A DNA stretch of 63,242 bases, the filler included, from Thraustochytrium aureum (taxonomy: Eukaryota): NCBI GenBank assembly GCA_012862495.1. It is 4 parts of 4 records of this genome, joined end to end, with 100 filler letters (N's around TTAATTAATTAA, not from the genome) between each part and the next. Parts side by side here need not be neighbours in the genome. Positions count along the whole stretch, not along the records: positions 60,932 to 63,242 come from BLSG01000059.1; 3 more parts are not named here. One strand, written 5' to 3'. Below, piece by piece: positions 60,932 to 63,242 of this stretch. Position 1 is the stretch's first letter. Each line of letters opens with the position of its first letter. The notes beneath the pieces are model-generated. The model was not told where the DNA came from. It saw nothing but the letters and a program-made list of their open reading frames with translations, and did no database searches. The position numbers and the translations under genes were made by a program.

Positions 60932-63242
60932 GTAGCTTGTGGACTGGCCGTGCTGGCGCAGCAGCGCGTCGGCCTCCGCCACGCGGTTGTACTTGCGAAA
61001 CATGCGGTCGAGTCGGTTCACCGCGAGGTCCTTCGTCTCTTCGAGGTAGCGGTACTTGGGGTCCTTGATCATGGGTGACACGAGGCGGACCACCTCGCTG
61101 AGGTATTCGATTGCTTTGGAATGCGCCGTCGCCGCAGCTCGCTCGGGCGTGCCCTGGTAGTCGATGCACTCGCAGCAAAACGCGGCGCGCGAGAAGGCGT
61201 CCACCTTGGAGAGTATCTTGTTTGAGCGCAGGCGCGTGAGCTTTTCGAACAGCTCGAGCGCGGTGACGTACTTGCCCTGCTTGGTCCAGGCTTCCGCGAT
61301 GAGGTACTCGAAATTGATGAGGCGCTGGTTTTCCGAGCCGAGGTCGACGTCCTCCACCACCTTCATGTACTCGCGCGCGATGCGGTAGTCGCCCTTCTTC
61401 ACGTAGCAGATCACGAGCATCTGGCACAGGTCGACGTTGAGCTTCGGCTGCAGCTCGTCCCAGAACTGCCACTGGTTCTTCATCGAGTTGGAGCAGAGCC
61501 CGTTGCGGATAAACTCCAAGAAACGCTCCAAATAGCCCAGCCCACGCGCGTGCTCGCCCTTCTCTATGAGAATCTCCACGAGCATCGACAGAATGTTGAT
61601 GCCAGCTTCGAGCTGCGAGCGCTCGTGGTTGACCTTTTTCTCGTGGGCGAGCTCTGCGTCCTCCTCCTCCTCGAGGTCTTCGCCCTCGGCCTCGTCGTCC
61701 TCGTCCTTGAGCAAGCGCATTTCGCGCAGCGCCGCATCGGCTTCGCTGGCCTGAGCCCCGCCGAAAGCCGCGCTGCGGCTCTCTGTGCCGGCGTCGTCGT
61801 TTGAGGCGCTGTCGTCGGCTTCTCCATCGTCGAGATCGTCGTCGTCGTCGTTGTCGTCGTCACTGGAGTGTCGCCGTCGGCCCGGTTGGCGCGACGACGC
61901 CCTTTGGCTCTGCGAGAGCGCGCGGCGCCCTTGCGTTTGGCGGAGCGGCGGCGCCGTTTGGGCGCAGGTGGCTCCGCGTTGAGGTTGCGCTCAAGCGCCA
62001 TCCCTGCGTCCGCGGGCGCTTTTTGCTTGCGAAGCTGCTCGCGGCGCTTGCGCAGCGCCTCGCGGCGCCTGTTGAGCTCTTGCTCTTTGGCGCGGCGCTC
62101 GGCCTCGCTTGCCAGAGCGTGGCGGCGCATCTCGGGGAGGAGCTCTGGGGTCGGATAGAGCACGCTGCCCACGTACTTTTCAAGGATGCTTTCGCTCTTG
62201 ACGGACTGCTTGCGCAACCGGTAGGCGCGAGCGAGGCGGTGCACGAGGACCAGGTTGAGGTCGCGGCTGTCAAAGCAGCGCTTCAGCAGCCGCTTGTAGG
62301 TATCTGCGGCCTTCTTGTAGTCGCCGAGGTGCTCGAGGATCTCGCCGCGCTGCATGGCGACGTCCATGGAAAACTGTCGTCGCAAAACGCGCGACACGGC
62401 GTCCTCGGCGACCTGCAGAAAGTGCAAGCGCCGGTCACGCTGGTCCCGGCCCAGCTTGGCGTGCGCAGAGAGCTCGGGTTCGGCCCCGGGCTCGAGACCC
62501 GCGGCGTCTTCGGCCCCTGCGGCCTCCTCTGGCCCGTCCGCGGCCAGGGAGGGCCCGAGCCTGGGGTCGCGGCCCAGCTCTAGCCCGAGTTCGGCTATGC
62601 GTCTGATATTGGCGAGGTTCATGTGCGACGACTCGAGGTCGCAGGCGATTTGCAACGCGTGCAGTTCCTTTTCGCGGTCCCCCTTTTCGTACCAGATTGA
62701 CGTGAGCAAGTGGTACGGGTCTGGAAGGCGCGGGTTCTCCCGCACGATTTCGTTGCACTGAGCGATCGCCTCGTCAAACTGCCTGTCCACGTAGAGCTGG
62801 TTGGCCTTGCCGATCATGGCTTGAATCGCCTTGGGAAGCCGCCGCCCGCCGCCGCGCCCGCGTTTGCCGTTGCGCTGCCGCTTCCTTTTCCCGTAAATAT
62901 CCTCGCCGCGGGTGCCAAACACGTTGTGGCCCTGCGGGCGCTGCCCGGGCTGGATGTCGATCATCATCGAGGGGTTGAGCGTCGTGGGTCTGCGGCCCGC
63001 GCCGTCCTCCGAGCTTTCTGCGTCCGCGTCCGCGTCCCCGGCGCCCGTCTCGACGCCGCTCTGCCCCTCCTTCGTCGCCGCCATTCGAGTCGCTCTCTTC
63101 GCCCGAGTCGGCTTGCTCTTGCTCAGACTCAGCCCCGCCCGAGTCCTCCTCGCCCGACAGCAGCTGCCCGTCGCTGCCCGACCCGTCCTCGTCGCTATCG
63201 TCCGCGGGGTGCTCCTCGGCGTCGGCGGCCGCCTCCTCCACG
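60932..63242 (-). CDS. GTF3C3: TFIIIC TPR subunit (Tfc4/TFIIIC102), partial at both ends, frameshifts near 63085 and 61880
   Basis: Acidic N-terminus, basic KRKR patch, then LPKAIQAMIGKANQLY...FDEAIAQCNEIVRENP...PYHLLTSIWYEKGD..K.L...IA, matching the first Tfc4 TPRs. Further TPRs follow downstream. Confidence 0.8.

Overview
GC-rich, gene-dense, almost intron-free eukaryotic DNA, most likely from a stramenopile protist (thraustochytrid/labyrinthulomycete-like; this is an inference). It is a draft pseudomolecule: three N-TTAATTAATTAA-N linkers (about 14.8, 32.6 and 60.9 kb) join four unrelated scaffolds, and there are many N gaps and 1-bp indels that look like sequencing errors. Recognisable genes are mitochondrial Hsp70 tail-to-tail with HscB/Hsc20, TFIIIC subunit Tfc4/GTF3C3, MIF, a Janus/PHPT1 phosphohistidine phosphatase, a crotonase, a BAF-like protein, an AP2-domain protein, an ankyrin protein, two vWA surface proteins and a LamG surface protein. 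Remnants of a CRE-like non-LTR retrotransposon are also present. The best novelty candidates are: (1) an RRM-like domain fused to a gustatory-receptor-like 7TM channel; (2) a cNMP-binding domain fused to a type-B carboxylesterase; (3) a HET-E/NLR-type WD40 array with hypervariable positions; (4) a tandem pair of Myb/SANT-like plus TAZ-like zinc-finger factors; (5) a stand-alone polymorphic-toxin-like RAxxKH...GFLEP domain. All family assignments come from reading motifs by eye; no searches were run.
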